Assembly: GCA_028534125.1 (NCBI GenBank)
Contig: JAPYYK010000269.1
Coordinates: 124,001-188,000, forward strand
Origin: Lama glama
Taxonomy: Eukaryota
Length of the DNA stretch: 64,000 bases
Reading direction: 5' to 3'
Below the pieces are notes generated by a model. That model saw only the letters and a program-made list of their open reading frames with translations, was not told the DNA's origin and ran no database searches. Made by a program: the position numbers and the translations under genes. Each line of letters opens with the position of its first letter. Position 1 is the first letter of the stretch. This document shows, one piece after another, positions 26,500-39,819 of this stretch.

Positions 26500-26905
26500 A
26501 TATGTTTTATGCGCATTATCTCACTCTGTTTGCATAACAAGTCTGCAACAATCCTCATTTTGCATCCGACAAAAGTGAGACCAACGGACAAGTGTCCAGT
26601 AACCCGAAGTCAGGCAACTAGAACGTGGCAGAGCTAGAATGTAAACCTAGAGACGAGTCTGCCCAAATGCTCATACTCTTTCACTCCGCCTTACTGCTTT
26701 TCTTGCCAATAAACTTGGACAGATCACTTGAACTACTCATGTCCACATATAGTTCCACATCCCAAATGTGTCACTTGTGTGCATGTGTGTATGTGTGAAA
26801 TGTGTCACCCTTCAAAGATGGGTGACACGTCTTTTTCTGTCTACTTAAGAGAGTTGATGCGAGAATGAAATGTAATAACGCACCTGAAGCTATCTGTAAA
26901 CAAAT
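26500..26905. mobile_element. Two adjacent MIRs in opposite orientation
   Basis: 'atcctcattttgca...gtggcagagctagaatgtaaacctag' (-) followed by 'cttggacagatcacttgaac...gagaatgaaatgtaataa' (+). Confidence 0.7.
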
Positions 26906-28209
26906 TGCTTTAAAATATAGTGCACTATTTTTGTATTTTGGTATTTAATACACAGTATAACACTATACATAATATATTCTTACTTCACTAACCATATTAG
27001 TGGGCTTTAGTTGCATTCAAAGTTTTTATCTAACTATAGGTTTTTAGTAGAGATTGTTGTACTATATAAATTTGCTGAAATGTTCCACTTGATTGAACAA
27101 GAGGATTACCCATGGTATTTTTCCAGAAAACTAAATGGGTTCAGAGGTAGATGTGTTCCTTTCTCTGAATCACAGTGCAAGAAGCCTGCCTGGAGCAGAT
27201 AGTGTCATCTTATCCACAAGGTGACTTTGGTAGATAAGAAGGAAGCAAGCTAGAGGTGGATGCCTCTTCTTCAAGGCAGAAGATACATACTAAGAAGTAA
27301 TTCTTACATCTGCAAGTCCTTGGCATGAATGAGCATAACAGATGAGAGCTGAGGACTCTGAGGAACAGGTGATACCAGAAGACTTTAGGGAAACCCAGAG
27401 GAGCCTGAGTAAATAGCAAGATGGTGCTGGAAACAGCTATTTTAAATGCCAGCAGTAATAATAATATAACTGCTCTTTTTCCTGGCTGAGGGGTCCAGTC
27501 CCAATCCTGACTGTTCATTTTTTGTGGAAACTACCTATTTGCTACTACTACTAACAACATTTAGGGAAATACATGTTTTTCTTCTCTTGGAAAACCAGGC
27601 ACAAAGATGAGCACTCAAATATCAGTCCATTTTTCTATTGCCTTGGCCAACTGAAAATACCCATTGCAGTGAAAGGCTGAGCCTCAGAATGCCACAGCCT
27701 CTTCCTGTACAGAATGACTCTGGGAGGGCACAGTTTATCATTCATCTCAACTTGGCAATAGCTGATTGATTATATTGGGCATGTGACCCAAGAGTCATGA
27801 ATCGATATGCTGACGAATAGCCTAATTGGTGAAAGCTTGCCTTAAATGAGATACTAGTGACTAACTACACCAATCGTATCTTTTATCTCAGAAAATTTGT
27901 GTAGAAACACCAAGTCAATAGACCTAACATAGTATTACGAATCCGTGAGGTGCTAAAAACTATGATTAAGCAGAAACTACAGTGAGCAAAGCTCAGAGAT
28001 AAAAGTTAACCACAGAAGGAGCAGAGAAGCAGAGGGGTGGGGCACTGTGGTACCTTCATGAACCGTGAAACCCTACAGTGGGGATCAGTGAATCCCTGCT
28101 CTCGAAGAGCCATGCGATAACCAGGTCCCTAGAATGCATCAAGTGTAAAAGGTTCAATGACCAGCTACTGATTCCACTTCTTGAGCCAGGCTCCAGTCTC
28201 TGAAACTTT

Positions 28210-28569
28210 TATTATGGACTGAATACTTGTGCCCCCGCAAGTCCATATATTCTAACCCCCAAATGTGATGGTATTAGAAGGTGGGGTGCTTGGGAGGCAC
28301 CGCTGCTATGAGGTTATAACCCTCATTTATAGGATTAGTGTCCTTTTAAGAAAGGGACACACAGCAGCCCCTTTCCCTCCTTCCACCACGTGAGGATACA
28401 AAGAGAAGTCAGCCGTCTGCAGCCTGGGGGAGGGCTCTCCCCAGAACAGAGCTGTCATGACATCCTGATCTCGGACTCACAGCCTCCAAAACCACGAGAA
28501 CTAAATTTCTCTTGTTTAAACCCAGAAGTCTGTCGCAGTTTGTCAGAGCAGCCCGAACAGACTGAGACA
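28210..28569 (+). mobile_element. MLT1A-like MaLR solo LTR
   Basis: 'tatggactgaat...ctaacccccaaatgtgatggtattagaaggtgggg...ggattagtgtcctt...cagcctccaaaac...gcagcccgaacagactgagaca'. Confidence 0.92.
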
Positions 28570-30419
28570 CCAGCAAGTGTCTGCACCACTGCACTGGTTC
28601 TTTCTGAAAACCTGGTGGTGCAGATTTTTCTAAATTCTCATACAAAACTCAGATATAGGATCAAAGTTTCTGACTCCCTTATTTTCATTTGTATGTTTAT
28701 ATATATATATAAATCTCCCATTTCTTAGGTCAACATGCTAAATCCACAAAAAAACATCTGGTGGGCTCTATTTGAATAGACCTTGAAGTAGATATATTGT
28801 CCTTATCTTTGAAGAAGAATGTTATGATGTGTGCAGCGTGTTTAATGAAGAACCAATGAGCTAAAGGGAAAACAAGGAGAGAACTATTTCGCCCATGCAA
28901 GACATCAGCCTAACCCCTGATCAGTTCATGACACCAGTGTTCTGATTTGAGAATTTTCACCCGCTTGTGCCATCTTCCATAAAGTCTGTAACGAGATCCT
29001 ACATCATCTTTAGCTACAATAAGGAGCAACAAGATTTCAGAGCTTAGAAATTCGGGGGTTTTATTTTCGCTTTGCAAAAGCAGGCAAATCTGCTTTGCTG
29101 ACCCTTTATATTAAAGGTGAAACGGGCTGCCTGGAAAATCATTCTGTGGGAATAAGGCAGAGCTCCTGGGGACCAGACAAGTTGCTCTCACTTCCCAGAA
29201 CTGGCAGAGCCCGAGTGCTCTTCACCTAATGCCCTACCACATGCCAAACAGGTACAGTAATTTCATGTTCTTGAAAGTACTCTTACCAGCCACAGCTAGG
29301 ACAAAATTAACCCCACGAAAACCTGAACTTGTGATTGAAACTGAACAGCTGCATGCTGTGTTTATCCAAAAGTAAAATAGCACTGGCGTGTGTGGGACTT
29401 TCTGCAGACTGAGATGAGATGGTCAGCTCCTTCCAACACACATGGATTGATGTCCTAAATTGTTACATATGTAAACATTAATAAGCTCATTTAGCAACCA
29501 CTGAACTCTGCATTTGTCTAACACATTTACTTTCATCTTTGCCCTGAAGATAAACAATTGGGGGGAAAATCCATCATTTAAGAGCAATTAAGCTTAATAA
29601 TCACTCAAACTTGTCATTCATAAATCAAGACCAATAAAACATTTCCAACCAATTGCTCATCAGTGGAGTTGCTAGCTAAGCATTTACTATAACAAAAGAA
29701 CCACCGTTTTGTGTATTCCTACAGAAAACCCCTTTGTTTAAAGAAAGACCAGGTTTGTTTGTTTTCTCCTTATCACGCTCCCCAGCAGACTGAATCGAGG
29801 TTGTGGATATCATTTACTGTAGAGCCAAAAAGAGAAAGAATAAGTTGCTCTAAACCTAGTATTCCACTCCTAAGATATGACATCACCTCTCAGGGATTTT
29901 TTTCCTTCATGAAAGAGACAAGAGAACCATGGGTAACATGACTCTTTGTTAATCCAGGTAGAGGGAACCCAGTAAACGCCACAGATCACACACCTATAGA
30001 AGGATGATGGTATCCATGCCCAGAGATATTAAAAAAGGATTTAGAGGGATCTGCTCTGGAGGGAGCTTTCTTTTGCTCACTGGGTAAGACGATATGGATG
30101 TGCAACTATGGACAGGTAAACATCACAGATTTCTGGTGATATTTGTGACCTATTAATAAAAAATAGTACCTATGAAACTAGCACCCAGAGGTCATTTTAC
30201 CATGTCCTTATTTCTGTTTTGCCTAAAAAGGTGGCCCTATGAAGTAAGTGCCTGTGTGCGTGTGTGTGTGAGCCTGCCTGTGTCTGTGCACGTACAGGCA
30301 TAAATCTACCCACTCTTTTGGAAATATACTAAAAGCCCACGCTCTTTGGTGGTTATTCAGATATTATGCTCAATAAAATCATAATACTAGTTCACATTTG
30401 AACAGATTTTAAAATACAC

Positions 30420-30580
30420 TGAGGCATACTATTTCATGAAACTCTCTGAATAGTCCTAGGAAGTACAGGGAAGATATTTGAAATTTGCAGATGAGTGAAT
30501 TGAGGCTTGGACATAGTGACCCAAGACAGAATAGTCTGGCCTCAAATCAGGCCTTCTAAATCCCGGCTCAGTGCCCATGT
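30420..30580 (-). mobile_element. MIR SINE
   Basis: 'tttgcagatgagtgaattgaggcttgg...gtgacccaagacag...ctcaaatcaggccttctaa'. Confidence 0.75.
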
Positions 30581-31429
30581 CACTGGACCTAGGGGCCTCT
30601 GGAAGGACAGACTGGTCTGAATTGTAGTTGACCAGCCACCAGGTCCCCTGCCGGGCAGCCATTTGCAGCATCTGATCTCTCACACACCAGGGGGTGCTCT
30701 TACCCACTGTCTTGGAAACACTGGCTCACTGAATTCACCATACTTTATACCCCCATTGCAAGGCCACTGGCCATCTGTCTTCTTCCCTTAGCTCACCTCT
30801 TTCCAAGCTCTGTGCTTTCTCTTTTCTGACCTTCACTGTTCCTTCTTCCTCTCCACTGGGACCCTAGAAACTCTGCTCCATGTCAAACAAGCTTTCCTAT
30901 ATCCTCAAATGTTAACAACACCTGTGACATCTTAACTCACACCTGGCTCTCTCCCAAGGACACCACTTCCCCTGACATCTTTAAAAAGAAGAATGAGTAC
31001 ATCATGAACTCTGTCTTTAGGTAGAGCATGTTGACTGAGATCATTCACATAAACAAAATAGAAGTTACAGAACATGAAAACACTGGAAGTTCATACAATG
31101 TGATCTTATGATGTTAGGTTAAGCAGAAACTAACACCTTCATTGCATACATAAGAAAACTAAGACTCAGAGACAGCACGACTCAAGTAAAGCAGTTAGTG
31201 GCAGAAGTCATCTCCTCTGGCTTCCATCTTTCTCTGTTACTTCTCCTCAATGGTACTGTTTCCCTGTCCTCATTGTCACCATTGTTAGTAGGAGAGTTAA
31301 GAAATCTGACGATGACGATTATCAATTTTTTTTTATTCTCCATTCATTCAGCATGTATTTATCAACAAGCATTTAATTATTAATCAGCAAGTTATTAAAA
31401 ATCTAGCTATTCTTCCTTGAGCAACAGAC

Positions 31430-31647
31430 TAAGGGTCTACAATTTTTTTTCTACAGATGGCTAAATTCTAAATAATTTAGGCTTTGTGAGCCATAAAGTC
31501 TCCATCACAACAACTACCCTTAAAGTGCAAAAGCAGTCATAGACACTATGCAAATGAACGGACAGGGCTGTGTCTCAATAAAACTTTATTTACAAAAACA
31601 GGTGGGTGGCTAGAATTGGCTTGCAGGCCATAATTTGCCAACCCCTG
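31430..31647. mobile_element. MER58A hAT-Charlie MITE
   Basis: 'ttaggctttgtgagccata...ggctgtgtctcaataaaactttatttacaaaaacagg...tttgccaacccctg'. Confidence 0.9.
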
Positions 31648-31929
31648 CAATAAAAAATGTTATAAATGGATAGGAGTGGAAAGGGAGACCATGCAAAGGG
31701 TAGAATATGAGTTTGGAAGAGACTCCCGTTTCTGCCAGGCTAGTGTGGCTCATCATATACATTTACCAAACAGTGCAAAGCAACCTGCCAACCGATGTGA
31801 AATCCTATTACATAGACTAAATGTCCAAGTAGGTTAAGGAGACAGACAGAAAGTGTAGTTCTCAAATCAATACAGCAGGGGCATCTCTATCATGTCAGAG
31901 TGGAGGGAAATGCATTTAAATGTTGATCA

Positions 31930-32110
31930 ATTGCCTCTTAAATACCAGACACTGTTTCAGGCACTTATTCTTATAACAATCTAATAAAGACAGCATTGTA
32001 ATCTTTATTTTAAAGATGAGAAGCAAAGGCTCAGAGAAGTTACATAATTTGACAGAGTTAACACATCAAAGAACCAAGATTTAAAATCAGTTCTCTTTGC
32101 TATCCAAAAT
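31930..32110 (-). mobile_element. MIR SINE
   Basis: 'ttattttaaagatgagaagcaaaggctcagagaagttacataattt'. Confidence 0.75.
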
Positions 32111-33604
32111 GATATTCCTTCTATGATCAAAAGAAAAAAAATCTAAAAAAATAAAAACCCCTATTATGACCATAGGAATAATTTGCCTTGGGCTTCTACC
32201 AGAAGGTGTTGTCAAAAATCTAATTTTAAAATGTGTTCTTTTTGTCTCCATTCCCATTCTCCCTACCCTCTACAAGAGGTATTTTCAAATATGTCAGTAT
32301 TATATAGTACAGTAGGCATCGTCAAAGCTCATAAGCTCTCTTTGGTTCTGTTGTTAATACCAGAGGGATAAGTGGGCATCCAATTGATTCAGTCTTAATA
32401 ACTTTATTTTCTTCAATCATATCTGGAACATAATTGTCAAATGTGGGAGCTGATATCTCTAAAAATCAGTAACACTGAGTGATAAAGCTCTTGCTGTATA
32501 TAGAAAAGAATGGCCTCCAGGTACATAACAATGTCTTTCCAAAAAGTTGGGAATAAAATTATTCGAGAAAAATCACATTTAAGTATAACAGGACAGGGGC
32601 TTCTTCCAGGGATCAATGTATTTTTTAAATTGTAGATTTTAAAAAATTTTAAAGCAGAGAAATCTTTCAATCATATATATGATCATCCTCTAATTTACTT
32701 GTTTTATTAGAATTTTTTGTCTATATCAAGGCTTCTCAAAACAAGATTTATTTAAAAATCACTATGTTTAAATAAAGGTACACTGGAGAGATAGAAACAC
32801 ACTAGCAATGCTCCTTAACAGGATTATTTTTACTTCTTTATGGGAAATTTTTGTCTTAACTTTGAAGAATGTGCAGAAAGAAATAAAGTATAAATTGCAT
32901 TAAATTTTTAGAAGAGGTCTAGTCAAAATGACAATTTTTGCCTTGTTTCATGACTGAACTAAGTTATTCAGCCTATGATTATTTGGATATCAGAGTAAGT
33001 TGGTGTAATAATACCCTGCATTTCCATCTGAGAACAAGACACTGGCATAAGACAATCCAACATGGCTGTAAAAACTATTAATTGAGAAGAGCAGGAGATA
33101 TTTACTTGTTTCAGATTCATGTATCATTCCTTGCATAAGTATTTAGACATCTGAGAGTTGTAAAATTTGCTCTTTTTTTTATTAGGTTCAAATGATACAT
33201 TGTTATCTAAATGATAACCAAAATTCCTTGATGCTATTAATAAACAAACTTTAAAAAGTATCATTGTAGATTATTGATCCCATGCCAAAAATCTGTCACT
33301 GGTGTATAAATTAGCATGAACATATGTTAATGCATAATTCACCATTTGCAACACAGCTTTGTTAAAAAATTGATGAAAATTCATGAAAGGACGTTTCTAG
33401 ATTAAGTTGCCCAATAACAAGTAACCAGAGGCATTCACAATGTACAGTTAATACAGCTTTTGAAATTAGCTTTTGTGCACTTTGTAGGACATTTATAACA
33501 CACATTTAATCTAGATAAACAGTTTGGTTACTTAATTTGATTCCCAGTTGTCCACATTTAACTACTTAATGGAGGAAATTGAGAGGTCATCCAGTCCGCC
33601 ATAC

Positions 33605-34165
33605 CCCAGTCTGTGGTCCATGGACCACCTGCATCTGATTCACTTGTGAGCTTATTAAAAATCTTCTCCATCCTGGCCTATTCCCAGGCTTCCAGAATCA
33701 AGACATCTGATCAGAGGCCTAGAGATCTATACCTTCCCCCAAGCCACTCAGATGCTTCTCACATATGGTAAAGCTGAAATTCAATCATGCAGAATCTGTA
33801 AATGAGAAACTGAGACTAAGTTTGCTTGAGGCCACCTGAAAACCAGTGGTGGATCGGGGACTAAAATCCATGACTACTTATTCCTGATCCAGTGTTCTCC
33901 CTCCACATTTCAGAAAACACAGAATAGATAAGAAAGACATATGCACTCCACATGAGAGCAAAGGATCAGTCTGTACCAACGTCACCAGAAGAGTCGGTGG
34001 CCATGGGTGACACATGCTTATGGTGGGCCAGACCCTACGTTCAGTACTGAAATATATTAATTTACTGGTTCCTCACATCAAACCTCTGAGGTAGGTCCTG
34101 TCATAATCTCCAATTTACAAATGAGGGGACTCGGCCACACAAAAAGGCCAAGTGCCTTGCCCTCG
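33605..34165. mobile_element. MER5A-like MITE followed by MIR fragments
   Basis: 'tgtggtccatggaccacctgcatc...gagcttattaaaa' (MER5); 'aatgagaaactgagac' and 'caatttacaaatgagggg' (MIR). Confidence 0.65.
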
Positions 34166-34502
34166 CGGCTGGGGGATTACTACTTTCACAGATGGGAATC
34201 AACCAAGAATACCCCACCTAACTTCATGGCTATTTAAACAGGAGAAGGAGGTATGGATACTTTCTTGAGGTGGAACACTATAAAATATCTGACAAAAATC
34301 TACCTTGAGAAGACTGATCCTCTGGATAAACAAACTCCTCTTTGCACTACATGAATATATTTATTTTAATGACTATTCATTAATCTTGCTACCTGGCATT
34401 TACACTTGAGTATACATATTTTTCCCAATTAGACTCCTGTCTTCTAAAGGGTGGGTAAAATTACATACAATGATAAAGTGGCAATTGAGATGAACTTGGG
34501 GT

Positions 34503-34693
34503 GGGGTTTCCAGATTTCGCAAACACAAATTTGAGATGCCCAGTTAAATTCAAATTTCAGATAAATTATGAACTTTTTTTAATCTTAAGTATGTCTCAAA
34601 TATTGTTACATTATAATATTGTCTTATACTAAAAGTTATATATTGCTGATCCAAAATTCAAATTTCACTGAATGTATTTTTATCTGGCAATCT
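34503..34693. mobile_element. MER53 palindromic hAT MITE
   Basis: 'gggtttccagattt...atgcccagttaaattcaaatttcagataaa...aaattcaaatttcactg...ttatctggcaatct'; inverted arms. Confidence 0.85.
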
Positions 34694-36624
34694 CAACTTG
34701 GAGAAGGTAAAAGATAGGGTTTCTGGGGAGAGTGTGATGAGACTTGGGTGGGGGCTTTATTAGGGGATTCGGTGTCACCCTTGGGCAGCACATAGACACT
34801 GCACCTGTGAAACTAGCACAAGAGGGGATCTCTCTTGGCTGCTTCGTCTAATTTTGGGTGTGTCCAGCACTGTCATGGCATCTAGACCTAGACAAAAACC
34901 TGTGAACACGCATGAACAAAATAAAAATAATGCTGCAGAGATGGTAGGACCATGTAAATGCTGACATTACCATGGGTGTATCTCTAGGTAGTTTTCTCTT
35001 GACCATGTAATTATCCCTGAATAACTCAACATTACATCTTAATCTTGTGTATTGCCTCATGATGGTTTAGTCATTTCATTCTCTCTCTCTTAGTTCCCCC
35101 CAAAAGCTATCAGCTCCTTAAAATCTGGGAATTTGTACTTCACTGCTCTTTCCAAAGCAAGCTTGCTGAGAATACGTACCGAGTAAGCCTGAGGACTGGA
35201 ATTGTTTTTTTCTACTAGATAGATTTTGCCTAAATTATTCATTTATTCATGAATTCCTCTAACAAACGTTTACTGAGTAACACCTTAACTCTGCAATTTG
35301 CTCTGCCTGGAAAGCAGTGTGAGGACGAGCGACTGGCACTCAATACTAACCAATGTGAAGTTTTCTGTCCTCTTCAGTCAACATAGAAGAGAAAACTGTG
35401 GTTTGTTAACAAATAATCCATGGGGAAATCCATTCACCTTTTCAGTTTTAAAATCATGATAACTTCCTTAAAATACTGTAACCCAGAATCCTGTATACTT
35501 TCCTCAGAGTTGATCTTACAAATTTACACTTACCACAAAAAGATGCATTTAATTAAATCTGAGAGAAAAATACCTATAAATCAAGCATACTTTTTGATTT
35601 TGATACAAAACCGGAAGCTCACAGTCTGAATGCATGCGTGCAAAAGAAAAAAAAATAAAGGAGATTGTGTTCTAAACAAAATTAAGTCCCTCAATAGAAC
35701 TTTTGGTCTGAAATACACTAGCAATTAACACAGAGGAAAATACATTATTTTTTTCTTAAACAATCCCTTTCAGTTTGTCTATTTAAACAGAACCCGAAAT
35801 TCACTTGTTAGAAAAGTAATAGCAATTTTCAAAGCTGCACATAAGGCCAAATAGTCTGCTACCAGATTTTAACCACAGCAATGCAATTCTAATGCACGAA
35901 AACAAGACTAACTAAAGTAACAAAAGAAATGATGATTATAAGACACTTGAACAAGAGTGTTATGAAATGGAAAAATATTGCCTGATCCTAAAAATTACCA
36001 GGAGATTGTAAATGAAAGAACTTGTCTATAGTCCAAAAAATGCCAAACCTGTTAAAACCACAACTATATTGGGTCAAAACCATGCATAAAAAGAACTAAT
36101 TAGCAAGTAGGCTACCTCTCTAAATCAGCGAAGATGTGAGAGGTTTTAAAAAGCATGGTCTACCCATACATTTCTTCTCCAGGGACATTACCCACCAACT
36201 CGGAAATCTCCAGAAAATTCTACTTTTAGTAACACTCCATGTAGTCGTCTACATCGGTTTCCCTACAGACACAACTGAAATGCACACATACTACTGAAAA
36301 GCTTCTGCTGGGAGAATAGGTGAGGGCGAAGCAGGCACTGTTCTTTTTTTTAAGTAAATGAACACAGATTTGTTGGCTGTAGTAGCAACCACACAGGCTG
36401 CAGGGTACAGCGAGCGGGTCCCAGCAGTGACCAGCCATGGCAAATCTCTTGATGATTCGTTCAGAAGTCACCTCCCAGCCCTCGGGGTTTACAGGAGGAT
36501 CACGGAGCTGCAGGCACCTGTGGAGGGTAGCACTGGGCGTTGTGCTTGAAGGGCCTGGGTCCTGCCCAGCTTGGGGGCACTGGCTTTGGAAGGAACCCTT
36601 GGGTGACCAGTGAGTGCCCAGGCA

Positions 36625-36975
36625 CTCTTTCTATCTTTTTTTTTTTAACATTTTTTATTGATTTATAATCATTTTACAATGTTGTGTCAAATTCCAGTGT
36701 TCAGCACAATTTTTCAGTCATTCATGGACATATACACACTCATTGCCACATTTTTTTCTCTCTGATTTATCATAACATTTTGTGTATATTTCCCTGTGCT
36801 ATACAGTGTAATCTTGTTTTGTTTTGTTTTTTTATAACTTTGCTTTATCTGTTTCTCTCCTGTTCCCCCACTCCCAACACCTACCGAGTCTCACTGCAGC
36901 TGACTCAGTCATCCCAAGCAGCAAAGCTAGTGAAGATGAGAGAACTGCTTACTGCATGTGTCTTCTAAGATACAG
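36625..36975 (+). repeat. Copy 1 of a local dispersed duplication (interrupted by the L1 at 36636-36818)
   Basis: 36835-36975 aligns to 37483-37625 with 10 substitutions and one 2-nt indel; leader ctctttctat at 36625-36634 matches 37463-37472. Confidence 0.92.
36636..36818 (-). mobile_element. Young camelid-type L1 3' end
   Basis: Poly(T) followed by 'ttttacaatgttgtgtcaaattccagtgttcagcacaatttttcagtcattcatggacatatac...tccctgtgctatacagtg'. Confidence 0.9.
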
Positions 36976-37462
36976 GCAGGCTCTGGGTGAAATCAAAACT
37001 AAGAAAAATTAATGCAGCTTCAGCTCTGCAACTCCTCTGCCTCTGGGTTTAATCTGTTTTCTTTCTGCGAACCACTTGCCATTCAATGAGCAACCTGTAC
37101 TATTGAGATATAACCAGAGGTAAAGACAAGAGAGAGAAGCAGATGCAGCAGGTATTTTCCTCCCCTCCTCCTGCCCAGCTCTCCTGTCATCTCTTTGTTC
37201 AGACACTTCTGTCCATCACGGTTCATTGGAAGTTCTTCATCTCTAAGCAATTTCCACTCAACTGTCTGGCAACCCCAACTGGAATGGCAATTAGCCAGAT
37301 GTCAGCCCTCCTATTACCCCCAGCCTCAGTTCTACATCGTTTAGTCACAGCATGATCATAGCCAGGGTGGAACCCACCAGGGCTCCTCTCTATAAACCTG
37401 CAACGAACCTGAAGTAAAGCCAACGGAGTCGCTGCAAAGAGGCAAATGTAATCAAAGCCTCT

Positions 37463-37625
37463 CTCTTTCTATGTTTTTCTTGTAACTTTGCTTTATCTGT
37501 TTCTCTCCTGTTCCCCCACCCCCAACGCCTACCCTGAGTCTCACTGCAAGTGACTCAGTCATCCCACGCAGTAAAGCTACTGAAGATGAGCGAACTACTT
37601 ACTGCATGTGTCTTTTAAGATACAG
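37463..37625 (+). repeat. Copy 2 of the local dispersed duplication
   Basis: See copy 1; both copies carry TGACTCA (36901-36907 and 37551-37557). Confidence 0.92.
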
Positions 37626-38136
37626 TATCTGATATTCTCCTGCATCAGCAAAATCTGCACAGAAGCATCCAAGCCCCGGGGCCCTTACTCCTCCCATCAG
37701 CTTCTTTTTGAAAAACTAATGCAAATAAAAAAGATCCTCACTACAGCGCAGTTCACATTTAACAAAGAAGTTTGCCCCTCGGGGAGGCAAGACCTTACTT
37801 CATGAGCAAAACCCAGCCACAGGAAGCAGATACCTGGGAAGGCTGCCGCCTGAGCTTCATTCGCCAACACAAGGTCGGCTCCTAATCTGGCAAAAACCTT
37901 CTGGAGCTCTCCCACACAAGCGCATTTTTCAAAGGCGTGCGTAGCCGATAAATAGGAAGGTTGGCATTCAGAAAGATCTAATCATACGAGGAGGAAACTT
38001 TTCCACATATTTTCATTCTGTTACCAAAAAATATAATTAGCAAGATGGGTTTCCCTCCACCTACCGAACTGTTTTCACTCAGGGGGCAAGGTTAGAAGTC
38101 CCTGGCCTTCATCCAGGGTCACAAATTAATCCGTAC

Positions 38137-38480
38137 CTCAAGAGCTTGGACAGATGATTAATCTGCCTGAGAGAAGGGAGGGCGAGGAGCAGTGAGCCCG
38201 CAGCCAGGGGCAGGTAGATATTTTCTTAAGAGCAGCTAAAAACGAAAACGCATCGTAAGGGTCCCATAGTTTTTTTTTCCTCTCCCTCCGCTCTGTTGTC
38301 AAATATTTTCCATTTATGAGCAAAGAATGGTTTTAATGATTGCCAGGGCTGCATATTTTGCAGGCGTGCACATACACACAAGAGCGGGAGAAAAGCGAGA
38401 ACTACAGATACACACACACACATCTCATGCTGCGCTCTGTTCATCCACATTCGCTTACACCTCCTGCATCACATTTCTTC
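38137..38480 (-). promoter_or_regulatory. Candidate alternative promoter / non-coding first exon
   Basis: Unique, locally CpG-enriched segment ending on the minus strand at TTGAG|gtacgg (38137); only short upstream ORFs; upstream boundary is a guess. Confidence 0.35.
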
Positions 38481-39039
38481 TGAGACTAGCACAGTTTTGT
38501 TGTGCTTTTTAAGAGATGCTCAGGCAGAAGGATTTCAGTGTGATTCTTACGTCTACCCACCCCTCCAGTGGAGAATCTGAGAGCAAACTCTGCACAAGGA
38601 GTAATGGACAGTCTCTCCTTCACGAATCTCCTTAACCCAAATCATTGATATTTTCACCCCATGCCTTTTTACATTTCTCTTGCTGGGAAAACACCACCCT
38701 TACTTGTAAGATCTCTCTCAAAGTTCAAACTCCGGGTTCTGTCCTTCACCTGGGACTCCTGCCCTTCCCACTCCCAGCACGTGGCGATGCTCCAAACTGT
38801 GATATCACAGACCCAGCGAGTAGATACTACATCCCATGGTCTCTCTCCCAGGCTCCTATGCTCCTTGCCCAGGGACTCAAACCTGGAGGATGATCAATCA
38901 TCGTTTGTCCAGTATAGATTGCTTTCTATTTCTAGAACCATGCTTTTTTTCTCCCTTTTTTCAGTTGGAAGAGTCAAGAATGTATTAGGGCACTCAGTGT
39001 CATAACTTGGAGGAAAAACAGCACCACAATCTGGAAAGA

Positions 39040-39670
39040 GAACAAATGGAGGAGAAGACAAGACTGTTCACAGTAACACTGTTCATAATGTCCAAAAATG
39101 CAAGGGAAAAAGCTCCACGGACAATGAAATAAAGTGTGGTACAGTAATTCTAAAGAGGACAATGGCGCAATGAGAATGAACGGATGGTGATCACAGTCAA
39201 CAGCATGAATGAGGCTGGACACAAAAGGTATGTACTGTGGGTGTGGGAGCTCACGGCGAAAAAGAACGCGGCAAGGAATGTATGCATATTCATGTATAAC
39301 TGAAAAATTGTGCTCTACACTGGAAATTGACACAACTCTGTAAACTGACTATAACTCAATAAAATAAAATTAAAGTTAAATAAAATAAAAATACACACAC
39401 AAAAAGGTATGTACTGTAGGGTTCCACTGATATTGAAGTCTTCAAATAGGCATACTAATTTATGGTATCAGAAGTCAGGATCACGGCTCTGCATGGGATG
39501 GTGTAAAAAAAGTAGGCACAAAGAAGTCCTACGCATGCTAGTAATATTCTAAGTCTTGATCTGGGGGCTGGTTACACCAGTGTGTTCTTTTTGAAACCTC
39601 ATCAAGCTGTTTGTTTATAATACATGGACTTTTCTGTCTATATGTTATACATCAATAAAACATTTACTTT
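39040..39670 (+). mobile_element. L1ME-like 3' end, interrupted by a young L1
   Basis: 'actgttcacagtaacactgttcataat...tatggtatcagaagtcaggat...tcttgatctgggggctggttacac...tatgttatacatcaataaaa'. Confidence 0.8.
39239..39401 (+). mobile_element. Young camelid-type L1 3' end with 16-bp TSD
   Basis: 'agctcacggcgaaaaagaacgcggc...aattgtgctctacactggaaattgacac...actataactcaataaaa'; TSD aaaaggtatgtactgt at 39223-39238 and 39402-39417. Confidence 0.95.
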
Positions 39671-39819
39671 AAAAGAAGGAGGAAGATATATTTGACCTAA
39701 GGAGCACACATTGGCACATTTCTAGGAATATTTTAATTAACTGGTAACTGGGTTTAGGGTCATCTGTTGAATGACGGTTGGCCTATTAAAAGCTCTGTCT
39801 ATTAGAAATGAGCCTACTC

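Noticed and set aside
27600-28200. Possible ancient ERVL/MaLR LTR remnant; similar impression at 41950-42600
   Set aside because: Too diverged to define termini, TSD or family by eye.
29287-29360. Minus-strand donor CTG|gtaaga with upstream short frames
   Set aside because: No convincing acceptor or start; single-signal evidence only.
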